In this document: positions 26,580-40,851 of the stretch, piece after piece
Layout: every line of letters begins with the position of its first letter
Numbering within the stretch: position 1 is the stretch's first letter
Assembly: GCA_000320545.1 (NCBI GenBank)
Contig: ADNK01002368.1
Coordinates: 13,464-77,463, forward strand
Origin: Bigelowiella natans CCMP2755
Taxonomy: Eukaryota; Protista; Cercozoa
Length of the DNA stretch: 64,000 nt
Direction: 5' to 3'
The notes under the pieces: generated by a model
Databases searched by the model: none
Seen by the model: only the letters and a program-made list of their open reading frames with translations
What the model was told of the DNA's origin: nothing
Program-made: the position numbers and the translations under genes

Positions 26580-29331
26580 TGTTGAAAGCGAAAATTGGCC
26601 TCATCGTCTAGTACACACAACATCGCTAGATCGTACCCTTTCGCAGCAGGTTTGGATTGCTGCCTGCCTTGACTCATCAAAGAACTCAAGAACTCTGATG
26701 AAAATTAAGAAACGATAAAATGATGTAGCTGCTTCTGTCGACGTCATGATCATCATCAAATCAGTAGTATGGTACTACATGAGGATATCTGGCTTTACAA
26801 TCCGAACGTATGCTGCGATGCTGCCCTGCCACAGTTGAAGTTGCATGAGTATAGTCAGTAGTAATAGAGATAACAATGATGCATAGAGGTGCTGAGAAGA
26901 TTTTAGTTTTATAGGCAGTGGGAGGTGTAAAAGGATTGCTCCTCGTATTAACAACCGTTTTTAGATTGCATGTATCGAGGTAATAAATGAGATTTTTGCC
27001 GGACGTCCTAGAAACAGAATAGTTAATAGCAATTGTGAGGATGATTAGGAGGATGAGAATGATCATTTTGGTTGTGGTATATTACATAAGCGACGATGAT
27101 GTCGAAGATGGTGTTTCTGCTGCTGCTGTCTTCGTTCTTCCCTCCCCACTCAATCTCTGTGGATGTAGAAGAGAGGGTATGTGATCAGAGAGGTTGCAGC
27201 AGCATATCGATGGTTGTGTGCAATTAGAAAACAGCATTATCATCATCATCATCATCATCATCATTATCCTCATCATCATCGGTTGTCCGCACACCGTTCG
27301 TAAGTATGCCGCAGCTTCCTTTCTAGCCCTGTTCCTACCAACCAATCCTCCTTGACGACATTCGTTCAGCACACGATCACGCTCTATATGCACGAACTTC
27401 CACCACAGAAATCAACAAATATATTGGCACGACAGAAAGATGCAAATTAGCTGCTAGCAAGACAGGTCCTGCAAGAACCAACTTTGATGGATTTCTTGGC
27501 TATATTCTGTAGTCTAATCGTTGCCATAGAAACAGCAGCAGCAGCTGTTTGCTCTGTATAATAACCATCAGCACCTGTATATTCTTCATATACGCTGTTG
27601 TCCTAGAGAGTAGCTTTCCCAGATTCGTCTTTCCAGAGCCTGGAATGCCCCTCGGAACCATCAATATCTGAGAGAGAAAATGTGTTTGTCGTCGTATATA
27701 TCCTAATCGAGATAGAAGATGGAGGAGAGAGAGAGAGGGGACGCTGGAGAACTACTTGCGTAATCATTACAGTATATTCATTCAGCGCGCACCTTCTCCT
27801 TTCTGAGAAGCATTACTAGTGTCAATGCATACCTACATTACAACATAATAAGACTCTTAGCAGCATTTTCAAACCACCACCACCATCAACATTATCATCA
27901 TCATCGTCGTCATCATTGCTGAATGGTATGTAAACCCATTGAATCCCCCCCTTACCATTTTTCCTCAGAAAACGCACTCCTAGGCTAGAATGTGATTTAT
28001 TACTCACTACAATAAAGTCGTCGTATGAGGATTTTGAATAATCGTCTATCCTACTCTGTATTTGGAAATGCGTCTAAGCACTTCATCCGAGCCACGTAGT
28101 AGCCACTGCTGCCGCAGCAGCCCTCATGCTCATCTTCATGTTCGTCATCATCACCGTCATCATCATCCTGCCCCGTTAATCTGTCTAATAAAATACACAT
28201 ACACACATATCTTTTTGAAAATGGATCTTGCATCCATTGATGATAAGTTATTTAGTTTTAAAAAGAGATGTGGAAGACACGATACCAATATCACGTCGGA
28301 GAGACTTCGGGCTACAAGATTCGTATATAATGGCGAAAATCCTGTGCTCGCATGATCTTTGAGTCATTGAAAAATGGAAGAAAACATTAGTAGTGTAGCA
28401 CGGTTGTATGTAGTCGTAGTAGTAAGCAGTAGCACGCTCTTAGATTGTGTTTATACAAGACGTGTAAATAACGCTCACTACCGAATGCGTTTTGTCTTTT
28501 CGGCTCCGAGGCCGTTCCGTCCTGTCAAATCAGCGGATGAGAGAGAGAAAGGGGAAGATGGGGGGGGGGGAGGGGGGGGCACCTGAACCGACGAACAAAA
28601 CATCGTACGATTTGCCTCTCCCTATACATAAGATTAGCTTGTAAGAACTTGGGTAGGGGGAGGGAGGAGAGTAGAGAAGAGAATGTAAATCTGATAATTG
28701 ATGATCATGAGAATCATACTGAATATCACCGCAAGTACCTGCTTTATCTTCGATCGCAAGTTTCTCAGTAAGAGTCTATCCATAGCATTGAAAGCATGAA
28801 ATATCAAAGTAACACAAACTGTAACAATATTTGAGGATTAAGAAGCGTTTGCTGCTTCGCTCAGTCTCTTTAGACTAAAGACAATATTCCAAAATACACG
28901 CACACATACACACACACACACACACACGCACACACACACACACGCACACTCATGCGCATACCTTCACAGCGTCTTCTCGATTCTTTGCCTGAGTCAGCAA
29001 GGCAGCTTCGCATCGGCCATCACTCATTCCATTGAGTGCCTCCTTGGAAGATTCTGGTGAAACCTGACAGCAATGGCTCTTTTTATCCTCTTCAGTGATG
29101 CTTAAGAGCATGTCCTATATAGATAAAAAGAAAAAGCAAAGCATAACATCAAATAATGGAAAGTGGGGGGGGGGGGGGGGGAGGAAGAGACATTGACCTG
29201 TAGAACTAAGGCGTCCGGGGTGATAACATGTGAGGAATTGAAGGAAGAGCTGTGTTTAATAGTATAATGATGATCAAGACGATGAATGATGATGAATGAT
29301 GATGATATAGACGATATGATGTATGTGTTTA

Positions 29332-29372
<41 letters not shown>

Positions 29373-31103
29373 AATGACCTTGCGATTAAGAAGGGTACGA
29401 CAACGTCTCTTCCAAGCACCCACAGTGAGGAGGAGGAGGAGGAGGGGGAACAGCTCACACTAAACAACCATACCAATTGGATGTTGTGAAGAGAACAATC
29501 AATATATCCTTAATTTGCTGACAATTCTCTCCATGGAGAAGAGGGACCAATGCATAGGCAGCACCAATCACACTTTCGATCATTACAATATTGAAAATCG
29601 TGATAAGTTGTGCTATTACGTCGAAACGATGTCTTCGATCCACTTCCTTAGTACCTCATACCTTGATTAGAAACCATCATCGCCGCCCCATTACTATTAA
29701 ACGAGTAGCAGCATGTGTTTGCTGCTGCGTCAGACAAAATAAATCCATACTGATAACAAATGATACTGCTTACACCACAGAACATTTCTTTCGATAACAT
29801 TCAACTGCTTATGAATGCACCGCCACCACCACAAATTCATACTACATCTGATTAGCAACGAGGAGGTTTCCTTGGTGGAAGCTATCACAGTGAGATACGT
29901 ATCTGATCTAGTAGCGACAACAACACACAGGTTTAGGATCTGGAGTAAATAGTTTATCACCATCCATCCAACCAATGAAGTATTCATCATCCATATGAAG
30001 CAATCAGGGTTATGCACACAAATTCCACCCCATACGTGATTTGCCGCCGAGGTCATCAAATGGAGGGGACCGAGAGCAGAATGGCGGGGAGCGTCTTTAC
30101 TTCCAATCTATACAAGGATAAAACAGCACAGCGTCTTACGTGCATCCTCACTATATCAGATAACTAAGAAAACGATGACTTGATAGGAGACGGAGGCTAT
30201 GGCAGGGAAAAACTGAGATTTGAGGTCAGAGCTTAGCGATCGGACTAAAGCAAGGTCATCTGTGAAAGATTTTTTTTTAATTAGGTCAGAGGATGATGAT
30301 GCGATATCAACGCAAAGCAGCGCACAGAACAGTGTTGTTTGTGTGATTATGTCGCATGCGGTATCTCTACCCTAGCAACAGTTACCGTCACGAAGAGAAG
30401 TACAGTTACCAACCATAGATGGTAACGAAGATGTCTTTTCGAGTAGGTAGTGGATCATAATGCGCCCAGAAGAATATTTTCCTTTGGGGAGCTTTCTCTG
30501 TGGAGAACCGCCGCTTTTGGGGGGAGGAAGAAGCCGAATGCAAACCTACGGTGATGTAGCATCCCATCATCATCACCAGGTTACCAGTACCACTTCATCC
30601 ACATGGTGCTGCTCAGTAAAGAAACAATGACTATCTCTATCTTCGTTGCTGCGGTGCTGTTCCGTGCTCTTTTCATAAAATGACGACCTCTTTCCATTTC
30701 AAGGAGTGAGGTTTCTCCAACGTAGCCTGTAATTGGATCATACACTGTGTGCTGTGGTGATGTGAGGTGTCGTTTGGTTTTCGTGAGTGAAGAAAGTGAC
30801 AGCATTGTGAAGGAGAACATTGAGAAGAAGCTCATGAAAGCAGCGTCGGACGGAGGCCACCACAGTATGGACGCCAGGGTCTTCAGGAAGTGCTCTGATA
30901 ACTTCTCCCTCAGAATTACTCACGGAATATCTCCCAAACCATCGACAATTCTGTTTCAACAGACGGGTGCAGAGCAGTGAGCAATGATGGCGGCATATTC
31001 GGGATCAGAGAATGAGTGCTGAACACCTCCTCCACATTGATTGAAGGTGCTGTTTCGACTTCGATTCTGTCGCCATTACGAGGATAATGAAGAAGTTAGA
31101 CAT
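25950..31103 (-). CDS. Multi-exon protein with a C-terminal P-loop kinase (Trl1/polynucleotide-kinase/AAA_33-like); N-terminal part unassigned
   Basis: Exons read ILMVPRGIPGSGKTNLGKLLSR (Walker A at about 27626-27649) | FVHIERDRV... | IYYLDTCNLKT | TCCER|VTRRLEHP. Further GT-AG exon-like blocks run up to about 31.1 kb but were not fully assembled. Start and end are approximate. Confidence 0.55.
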
Positions 31104-31608
31104 TAGGTTTGCTTCTCAAGACGAACCCACTACCCGTATGATCTTGAGAGATTTGCGACGAGATTCTCCAAGAGACGGCCTATTTGAAAGGGGGCGGGGC
31201 GGCACATTAGTTTAGAGCACAGGAATGCACATTGCTGGCGAGCAGTCAATGAATTGTTATCCGCAGCCGTTTTAGAGAAGCCGCAAATGGCGGCTATGAA
31301 GGTCGCGTATCTGGTGTGATGTGGGTTTCGGAAACAGCCATTCCAAGAGTTGTTTGCTGTTTTAAGAAGAATATCTACGATGTTTTGCGCATCAGAACTC
31401 ATCGAATGCTACTCACGTTCAAAAACCATGTCGCAAGTGCAAATTCCCATGTGTTTCACCCAAAATGTTGATTATATTTTTTGGGTTGCAAACCAGTCGC
31501 GTTGTCTCACGATGGGGTAACGAACAGCACGAATGATGGCCACAACAAGCAGCAGCAGCAGCAGCAGTTTCCCCTGATCGGAACAATTGGGAGGGAGGGA
31601 GGGAGTTG

Positions 31609-32556
31609 ATGGGCTGTGCTCCTTCAGTCGTCGTGCCTCCCCCGAAGGATGGTACGCATAAGAGTGAGGAATCCATTCCAAATTCAATACAAGAGTCGGA
31701 GGAGAAGGATAAACAATTTGGGAATAATAAGGGTGAAGAGAAGCAGCCAAACAAAGAACCTGTAGACAAACAGCCCCAACCAGAGCAAGAAGATGGTGGG
31801 GTAATCAACGAAAAGGGTGGAAATGCAGTAAGAAATGATGATACGAAACACTCAAAAGCTAGGCAGAAAAAGAATACGACTGAAGAGAATTTTGTGAAGG
31901 GCAGTATTGTCCGGTATAAAGATCGTGAAAATGTGACAGTGGTAGGCGTCCACCATGACGACCCAACAGAGGTGTATTACACTATCAAAAAGGCTGATGG
32001 CGATGAAGTGAACACGGTTTTCAAATACCTGAAGTGGATAGACAAAGATGACATCGGCAGCAATGCAGCAGTAGATAAGGAGAAGGTGGAAGATGGATCA
32101 GCAGCAAAAGAGCATACGAATTCTAATGATCAGAAGCACAACAGAGGTATGACCACAGAGGCTGCTTCGAAAAATGCTGAAAGCCTCGAAGCAAAGGATA
32201 AGATCAATTCTAGCGGCGAGAATGAGGTAGGATCTAATGGCCAAGCTGGGTTAGATAAAAGCTCAAAAGACCATGACACAGCGACAAGGGATCGAGAAGA
32301 ACAAGCTGGCGACATGAAAGACAAACAAAACAAACTCGATGCTGACAGTCCATCATATCTCTGCTATAGCAGTGATAACCTCCTTCCAGACATCGACCGA
32401 TCAGCTTTTGATGAAGCATTACCTATGCCAAATAACAGTGACCCCAATAGCGCTTATCCATACCCAGAAGCCCATATGGACATAAATTTGGCGAAGAAAG
32501 TTCTTAGACATAGAAATGGCACTGAGAAAATGGTGCATAGGTTAAATAATGGCTAA
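31609..32556 (+). CDS. Hypothetical protein with N-terminal MGC acylation motif and a small beta-rich (SH3/Tudor-like) domain
   Basis: Uninterrupted 315-aa ORF starting MGCAPS. Charged low-complexity flanks surround VKGSIVRYKDRENVTVVGVHHDDPTEVYYTIKKADGDEVNTVFKYL. Confidence 0.7.
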   Translation: MGCAPSVVVPPPKDGTHKSEESIPNSIQESEEKDKQFGNNKGEEKQPNKEPVDKQPQPEQEDGGVINEKGGNAVRNDDTKHSKARQKKNTTEENFVKGSIVRYKDRENVTVVGVHHDDPTEVYYTIKKADGDEVNTVFKYLKWIDKDDIGSNAAVDKEKVEDGSAAKEHTNSNDQKHNRGMTTEAASKNAESLEAKDKINSSGENEVGSNGQAGLDKSSKDHDTATRDREEQAGDMKDKQNKLDADSPSYLCYSSDNLLPDIDRSAFDEALPMPNNSDPNSAYPYPEAHMDINLAKKVLRHRNGTEKMVHRLNNG

Positions 32557-33277
32557 CGAGAGTGTGAGCCAGAGAGAAATTATTGGAAGTTGATATAGCT
32601 TAAAGATGCACTGCCTCGTGCGGTGTGTACTGCAGTGTCATATGCTTGATATATTGACTGTAGCTGTTATGTGATAATATAGATTATATATTGTTCCGTG
32701 ACTACTGCCGGATGGATAATGATAGACTATGTGCAGTACATCTAGCAGATGCTGTGCTTATGCGCGTGTATCGTTCAATCGATCGTAGCTTCGTTCGCTT
32801 ATTCACGTGCGTTCGTGCATATAGGCTAGAACCCGTACACATGTGTGTTTTGAACAATAAGAAAAACAAGTGTGCATAACCCAACAATATAAATTGCGTG
32901 CTCATCAGCAACGCTACAAGTTTGTCACATATCGGCAGCCAGTTATAGCATACAATACTTACTTATTTCTTGCGTATTTATCTGATAACTTGCACACACG
33001 CATTGCGTCCGCAGGATGCATGAAGGCACATGTGACGACATCTCAGCTTAAGCCATCATGATACTAGGCTAAAAACTACTAGTACTATCTAACTCAACTA
33101 CTACTACTAGGCTATTCCACCTTTACGATGCGATTACTTACAGATATCTGGATGTCATTATATCATTCACGGGAAACGAATGAAAAATGTCGCGTCTACA
33201 TGACCATAGCTAGTTGCTAAGCCTGGTGAAATTAAGCCCTGTACGACGTACACATACGTGTGCGTTTATGCACAATG

Positions 33278-34961
33278 CTACTTCATGCCTGCTGTTATCA
33301 AACCGACTTCGCTGCAATTGAAATACCGGGCGCCGAAATAACCTGAGAAATATGGTTTACTTAGAGAGGGCTTCTTGATGATAAACAGGTCTCGACCTGA
33401 GTATGATCTAACTCGTCGTGGGTTTGTTATACTTGATAGTGACAAGAATCAGGAGTAAAAACGGCAAATACGATGTGTCATCGTCATTCGTCGTTGTCGT
33501 AGTACAACGCAGCGAAGGGCTCAAAAGAACACATTTTCACAATCTCTCAACTGTTGAATCCGTGTATCAAAAGAAGTTGGCACATGACTACTGCATACCT
33601 AATCCAGGGATGACGAAAAACTTTTCGTTCAGTCCTTGATCAACCCAAGAACAAACGATCCGCACCTTGACGATCGATGAAGAAGAGGAATAAGAAGGGG
33701 CAGGAAGATATGAGATGAGAAGAGGGGTGGGAAATAGTGCTGTACAAGCACGAATTGAAGCAAAATATTTGACGGTGCTCTCCTGCATATAGTAGCTAAG
33801 GACTAAATGATGATATATCGGTAGTATCAATACCTTTGGAAAGTTCCTACTAATAGAGAGAAGTCCTACGGTATACAGCAGTAGCAAGCGTGCCACCACC
33901 ACCACCAGCAGCAGCAGCAGCAGCAGCAGGAGGAGGAGGAGGAGGAAGAGGAAGAGGAGGAGGAAGAGAAGGAGTGGAAAGTACAGGGGAAATAGTGAGA
34001 AATGGATGGGGGAGGAGGAAGGGAAAAAGTCAATAAGACCCCATGGCCAATGATACTGAATCTACCAGAAGGCATGCTTGAAAGCATGGACAATTCATAT
34101 TTGTGCCATGTTCATCAGAACGAAGAACATCATTCGTTTTTTATGATAATCTTTTGTGATTTTTTGTGGAAGCCCCTCTTCCTTTCTACCCTGAGGTGCG
34201 GCGATGATGCAGCAGAGGATTATTTGCGATTCTTCGACCTGAAAACCATCACATCACGACGATGTTACTTTGTTACTCGTAATTACATTATGATTAAGGT
34301 GGATGATGAAGCTGATAGTAACACAACCCCGTGATCTAGAAGAATTCTGAGAGCCATCTCACACGTGTTTGAAGTTGATATCACAGGGTCCATTAGAAGC
34401 ACTACGAGCCATTAAAAAACACATCATATCGAGAAAGAGGAAGAAGAAGAAGAAGAAGAAGAAGAAGAAGAAGAAGAAACATGAGTCAATGTCCCTACTC
34501 AAGATTATCGAGAGGATAATCGTTTCTCTAGTTTCTCTCTCTCTCTGAGTGTCGGTATACTACATCATGCGCGTGAAAATGTCAAAATCGGGTTCTGCTA
34601 TGACAACCATCAAGGAAAACATTGATGATTTTCCTTTCGCGACATGCAGCGGCAGTGGAAAGTGGAAGGGGGGGGGGGGAGGGGGGGGGCAACACCTGGG
34701 GCTGTGTCGAGATTGCGAGGAAACCGACAGTAATATAGTCGCGGGCCATCTGACTTGTCAATACTCTGTGCTATGATCATTTTCCCGATCTTTACCTGAA
34801 TACGTGTTTGTGAATGTTATTGTTGAAACCGCTAATAGCGCCGAGAATGAACAAGAAGGATAGGTAAAAAGAGCAGCTGTGGTTAATGTTAATGAGGAAC
34901 TGTTTGGGGTGGTGAGTAGATGACATATGTATTCTTCTATTCGTTATGGATGGAGTGTGTA

Positions 34962-35023
<62 letters not shown>

Positions 35024-35406
35024 CTGGAACGATTTCTCTGAGGGAATGTTCAATAGCCTGAATAACAAAAACACACACACGCACGCACACGCGATAAAAT
35101 GAAAATAAAAATCATCATCGCTAACAACATCAACATAAGCAAACAGCAATAAATTTACAAACAATGCACACACACCACACTACACACATGTATATATTCC
35201 TTAATATCTGCATGCGCGTACGAATAAGAATATGAGGAAATGGTGTTGCATTGCTGCACCTGCCCCCCACGAACGATGCTGACACCGAACACGAGCGGAG
35301 GTGTTACAGCTGGAAAATAACAACAAGAAGGAGGAGGAGGAGAAGCCGACACTTCAAAGCTGCGATTTGTGGGTATAATTTAACACTTATAATGTTCCAG
35401 TAAAAG

Positions 35407-35440
<34 letters not shown>

Positions 35441-37138
35441 AGGCTCAACGAGGAGGAGGTCGTCCGTCATCACTTCTAACTCACACTTTCGATTCTTCAC
35501 ATCCGCTTCTCTATTATAGCATGAAAGCAGCATGAATAGATGAAACGATAAGTACTACTCTCTGAGGCCGATTGTTCCTTATCAAGATGAAAGCTCTCAT
35601 CATCCTGAAACAATGACTTTCTAGGGCTCCGAGCTGCTGTGCGTACAAATAATCGACGAGGGTTGGTGCGCAATACGTCATCATTCAGAGAAATAGAATA
35701 ATGATGATAATCATGATGATGTTGATGATAATACACACGAATAATGGTCATCCATCCTTCAAATGTGAATTTTGAATGAGGAAAGTATGTTGCGTGCTGT
35801 TCCATAAGCACGACATGAGTCCGCACATGTCATGTAAAAGGTACTCACAACAGAGAACAGGGCGAGTAGGAGGGTGATGATGACGATGACGTTCTCAAAT
35901 TTTACTACCCTTCCTCGTCGATGACATTCCCTGACACGTTGGAGAGGAGGGGGGGGGGGGGTTGTAGAAGAAGTTGAGCATCATCGGTTATGGATTTACA
36001 TGGTGGATGTTATATATTCGCTACCATTGCTACTCCTAATGCCTCTGCAATGAGCAAACGTCCAACCCTAAAGATGAATATGACGATACCGACGCATAAA
36101 ATGCTTGTAGGAAACAATTGGAACGGAAAAGATCTTTAAAAAAAAATCTCCACACTATTTGGGATGCCATAATCTATTTATATCATCCGTGCGTATTTGA
36201 ATCCCCCCCCCCCCTCTCCCCGCAAACAACTCAACTGTTCGTAACGCTACCTATGAGAAGCGTGCCGGAAAACATGGCATGATGTATTGTTGTCGCGCAA
36301 TACCTACAGAGGCCGATAATCGAGGTAAAAAAAGGGGGGGGGGGGGGGAATAGGATGAAACTAAAGGTGCCTTTTTTCAGTCCCTTTTGTCCACTCGTAT
36401 GAATCATACACGTTGATTGAGTAGTAGCGTGATTATCTTTGAGTGCCTATCCACCCCATCTCTCTCTCTCCCCCCCCTAACGTCTTACCCTTCATCATCA
36501 ACTACCGTGTGCGCTGCTCGTAGCATTGGTGTAGGGGTGAGGATGGTGACGGTCTTAGGAAGAAGCTGAATCAACTTGTCCTTCGATACGTTCAAAAACC
36601 TGCAAAATCCTTCTGAGAAGACGTCGCCACAATCACAACTACCACCACCATCACCACCAGCAGCAGCAGCATCTTCATCACCACAGTGTTATTCTTATTA
36701 CTACTACTACTGCTACCTCATGCGTTTTTTGAACTTATCTCGAGAATTCAGTAGTCCACGCTGCTTTAACACAGCCTTTACATGCTGGACCTATCATCAA
36801 TATGTATATACATAATACACAATGCAAGAAAATCGTTGATGAGACTACATTTCCCTCTGCATTTGTGTCAATGACAGCAAAGGTCTATATGAGAAGTAAG
36901 GAAGGGAAAGACGTGGATGTTCGATTGTTTCACTTCCAAAATTGGTGATGAAACGCCACCAGGACGAAAAAGCAGCAGCAGCAACAGCAGCACTAACAAT
37001 TCCGTTAAATCCGAAGTGTAAGAACAAGACACGACGAGAGAATGAGGTATAATTCTATACTGCTCTTTCGCTTCCCCCCCCCCCCCCCTCTCCTCCATTT
37101 ACTTACCAATAAGTTTATGGCGACGTAGTTATCTCCGC

Positions 37139-37211
<73 letters not shown>

Positions 37212-38319
37212 CAGTATGATCTACACTGGTATTACAGTTGCATCATTAGTAGATCAAAACAAACGAAGAGGTAGAAGCAGAGCAACAGAGAGAAGATAAA
37301 GATAAAGATGATTAAGAAGAAGAGGAAAAAGAAGACACCCTTCTCCAACAAGAGCATTCACACATCCAGCCTCTCTCCCCGCTACTACAAAATATCATGT
37401 TTTTCTAATTATTCGGTTCTTCTATTTCTCGGTACAAGAGGTGCACGCAAGCAAGCAATCATGGTACGTACCCCCTTGGCACTATCAGGTCCGCATATCT
37501 CTGTATTTATTTAAGAGGGGGGGGGTTAAGGGGGAAGGAATTCGGTGTAGGAGAAGACAACGAACGTACGTACACGCGTGTACCCGTCTTTCTGCTTCGA
37601 GTGATCATCGTCACTATCGTCATCATCGTCATCATTATCATCATCATCATCATCATCATCATGCGTAGTCTAAAGCAGCAATGTCATCATAGCCGAGTAG
37701 TACATTGAAAGCAGCAGCAGCAGCAGCAGCAGCAGCATCAAAATGGTAGAAATAGTGTTGCATTTCAAAAGATGGATGATGATGGACCTTCGTTGGGAAG
37801 ATGTAGTCATCGAAGGACGGCTTTACGGTCTTCACGTACCTTTGTTCCAAAATTCACTCTTAATTTTATTCTTCCCCGCAAATCCCACAACGACAACGAT
37901 GAGGACTTTTAACACTTCTAGAAATCAAGAGGCATGATAGACTATATCGATGACCCCCTCCCCCCCGACCCCCCTCCAATCCCTTTAATCTTCGTCGTTA
38001 GTTTTCTTGTCTTTCTTCTTCATGCATAGTGGTGACTATTGTTACTGGGCGAGAATATCATCCAACTTGCGGCCTCTTTCCCTAATATCTCTCTTTATGC
38101 GGCTGAAAGAGAGATGATGAGAAAAGCAAGAATAGCACCACCACCACACACACACACACACACACACATAAGACGATAAGATTTTGGAGGTGGGAAAAAA
38201 GGAGGGGAGGGGGGGAGGAGGAAGAACAAGTACATACCGTGCTAATCGAAGATCGGAGTCGGTGTCCACAAATACCTTTAAGTATTGGGTAGCAGTAGTA
38301 AGAAGTTGTTGTTGTTCAA

Positions 38320-38407
<88 letters not shown>

Positions 38408-39383
38408 CGCCGCAGCACTGCTCCGTCATAATTATCATCATCATTATCATGTGCTTTTACTACTTTGATGTCCATGAGCTCACGTAAGGGTTTGTCGTGG
38501 AGCACGAGGATTCCCTTTTTAAAAAGAGAGCGAGAGAGGGGGAAGGGGAGAGGGGGGGTAAGCAAAAGAAAGAAGAACGAATGGGAAAACCTACATAATT
38601 TGTATCTTTGTTATGGAAGCCACATGAAATTTGTCGTCGTTGGAACAACAACAAGTTTATCGATGATAATAGTAATGATCATAATCATCATCACCATCAC
38701 AATACATCATCCATGATTCCTCACCTCAATGATAACAATATCAGCTCCATACACGGTGTCCTTCTTCTTCTCCCTCGAATTCGTACTGAAGTCGTAGCGC
38801 GGCACATCCACGCTCCGCCCAGATCGTATCGCCGCGATTGTCCTTCATTTGGAAGAATTATCATGACGAAGAAAACCACATTTTAGGATAGGTTACTTCT
38901 GGAAGAGAGGCCAATCGAATGCCGAGGGATGGTCCCAGTTAAACTTGCCGGCTTCCACAATCTGAGGCAACACACGCAACAATAACAACAACAGCAACAT
39001 CAGCAGCAACAACGCCTCATAGCACATTATATTCAGGTAAGCATTACTACAAAGAGAAAAATGATGATAAAGCTAGCATGGTTTAGTATCAGAGAGAGAA
39101 GTAGTACTTTGTGCTCTGCAGGCGTAAGGTTTCGATAGAACCTGTTATCGAGTATGTCAGTGCAATGGAGGGGGGGGGGGGGGGGGGGTGGACAAAGAAA
39201 GGCCATTAACCAGGAAATAGTGTTTGAGCGCGTGGTAATTTATTATGCGGTTATGATGCAGTAATAATAACGATCTATGTGTTTTTAACACAATAGACGT
39301 TGTATGTGGTTACCTATCCATAGATAGTAGCACAACCCACGGGATACCTAGTTAATGTTGGAGAGAGAACGCCAATATATATC

Positions 39384-39433
<50 letters not shown>

Positions 39434-40121
39434 TCTACTTTATAAACTTGGTCGAATAGTAACAGTAGTAACTTCTGGTGATAGTTGCAGCGACGATAAA
39501 ACAATGATGATGATGATGATGATGATGCGAGGATGGTTGAGGTGATGAATGTCGTCATGCTGCACGTATTTATTTCTCATCGGAACGTAACCACTCCCTA
39601 CCTAATTTATCGATGATTTTTCTGCACACAGTTGTCTTGCCGCTTGCAGTACCGCCTAGATGAGGACCACAAGTGGTGATGATTATGACGAGAGCGAGAA
39701 ATGAAGCTAACGATATGATCTGCGAGTAATGGGAAGACAGAAGTCTTTCGGCAGTGGCAGCAGGTAGCAGTAGCACATACCAGTGACCCCGATGACTAGC
39801 GGTTCAACTCGAGTTCCCTTTCAGATGATATCGATGACCATAGCAATGAAGAGATGAATCAATTATGGGAGAGGAGGGGGGGGGGGGGGGGGGGGGATGA
39901 GATTTTCCCTTCTAGTTTGGATTTTAACATTAGTTGAAGGATGCTCAGAAACTGAGGGGAGTCAATATTTGTGCGTGCATGCGTGCGCGCGCGTGTATTC
40001 TCTAAGCTGTGTTCTCGTTGTGTGCTAGTCCTATTCGTTGCTATCATCGAAGATGGGAAAGATTATGGATCACAGAAATTACCTTTGTATTATACCACGG
40101 AGATCGTGCAACCTACAATTG

Positions 40122-40219
<98 letters not shown>

Positions 40220-40851
40220 ATGTAAATTAACGCTGCAACAGGACACGACGATAATCCGTTGGACTACTACACAGTTGATGATACGTCTATGGAAGAAATT
40301 AGTCATCATTTGATTGTGCGGTGAGTGACTGCTGCTGTGCTCGCAACCTTCCAGAGCTGTCTTTTCCTTCGACTATATTGGGGCACTGTGAAGGACATCA
40401 TCAAGTGAAATAGGGACCGGATAGATAAAAGGTCGTATGAAGTCAGAAAGGTCAGTGCACATAGCATACTATTGAAATTATTACGGGGTCCTTTCAGCGG
40501 AGATGCGGTTGGAGTCTCCACTTCCCAATCAGAAACCACGCTGATGATGTAAGAAAAGATGATGCGTTGGTGCATGGAGTCGTCGTGTTGTTATGTAGAA
40601 GAAGTCGTAGTAGTACCTGTCGCTGGTCCTTTCAGATAAGGCCCTTATAAATGGCCTGCTTGCCCTGGTTGCTCCAGCCGCTGCTTTACGAAAGCATCAA
40701 ATTCAAATATCTAAACATGATGTACTTCTTTTTGCAAAAGTAGGTACCAAAGGGCGGCTTTTTGGATTCCCGGTCGCTGAGATTCTCTGACACATAGGCA
40801 CGTATAACGAGCGGTAAAGAGCACGGCTAAGACGGCGGAGTCATACATCAT
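33278..40851 (-). CDS. UCKL1: Uridine-cytidine kinase / uracil phosphoribosyltransferase bifunctional protein (UCKL1/UKL family), multi-exon
   Basis: RSPWYNTKG, VIGVTG|GTASGKTTVC, NWDHPSAFD, VPRYDFST, IIEGILVLH, VFVDTDSDLRLARRIKRDIRERGR, VKPSFDDYI. UPRT part VLLMDPVISTSNT...DHGV and VIPGLG|YFGARYF. Start is tentative. Confidence 0.88.
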
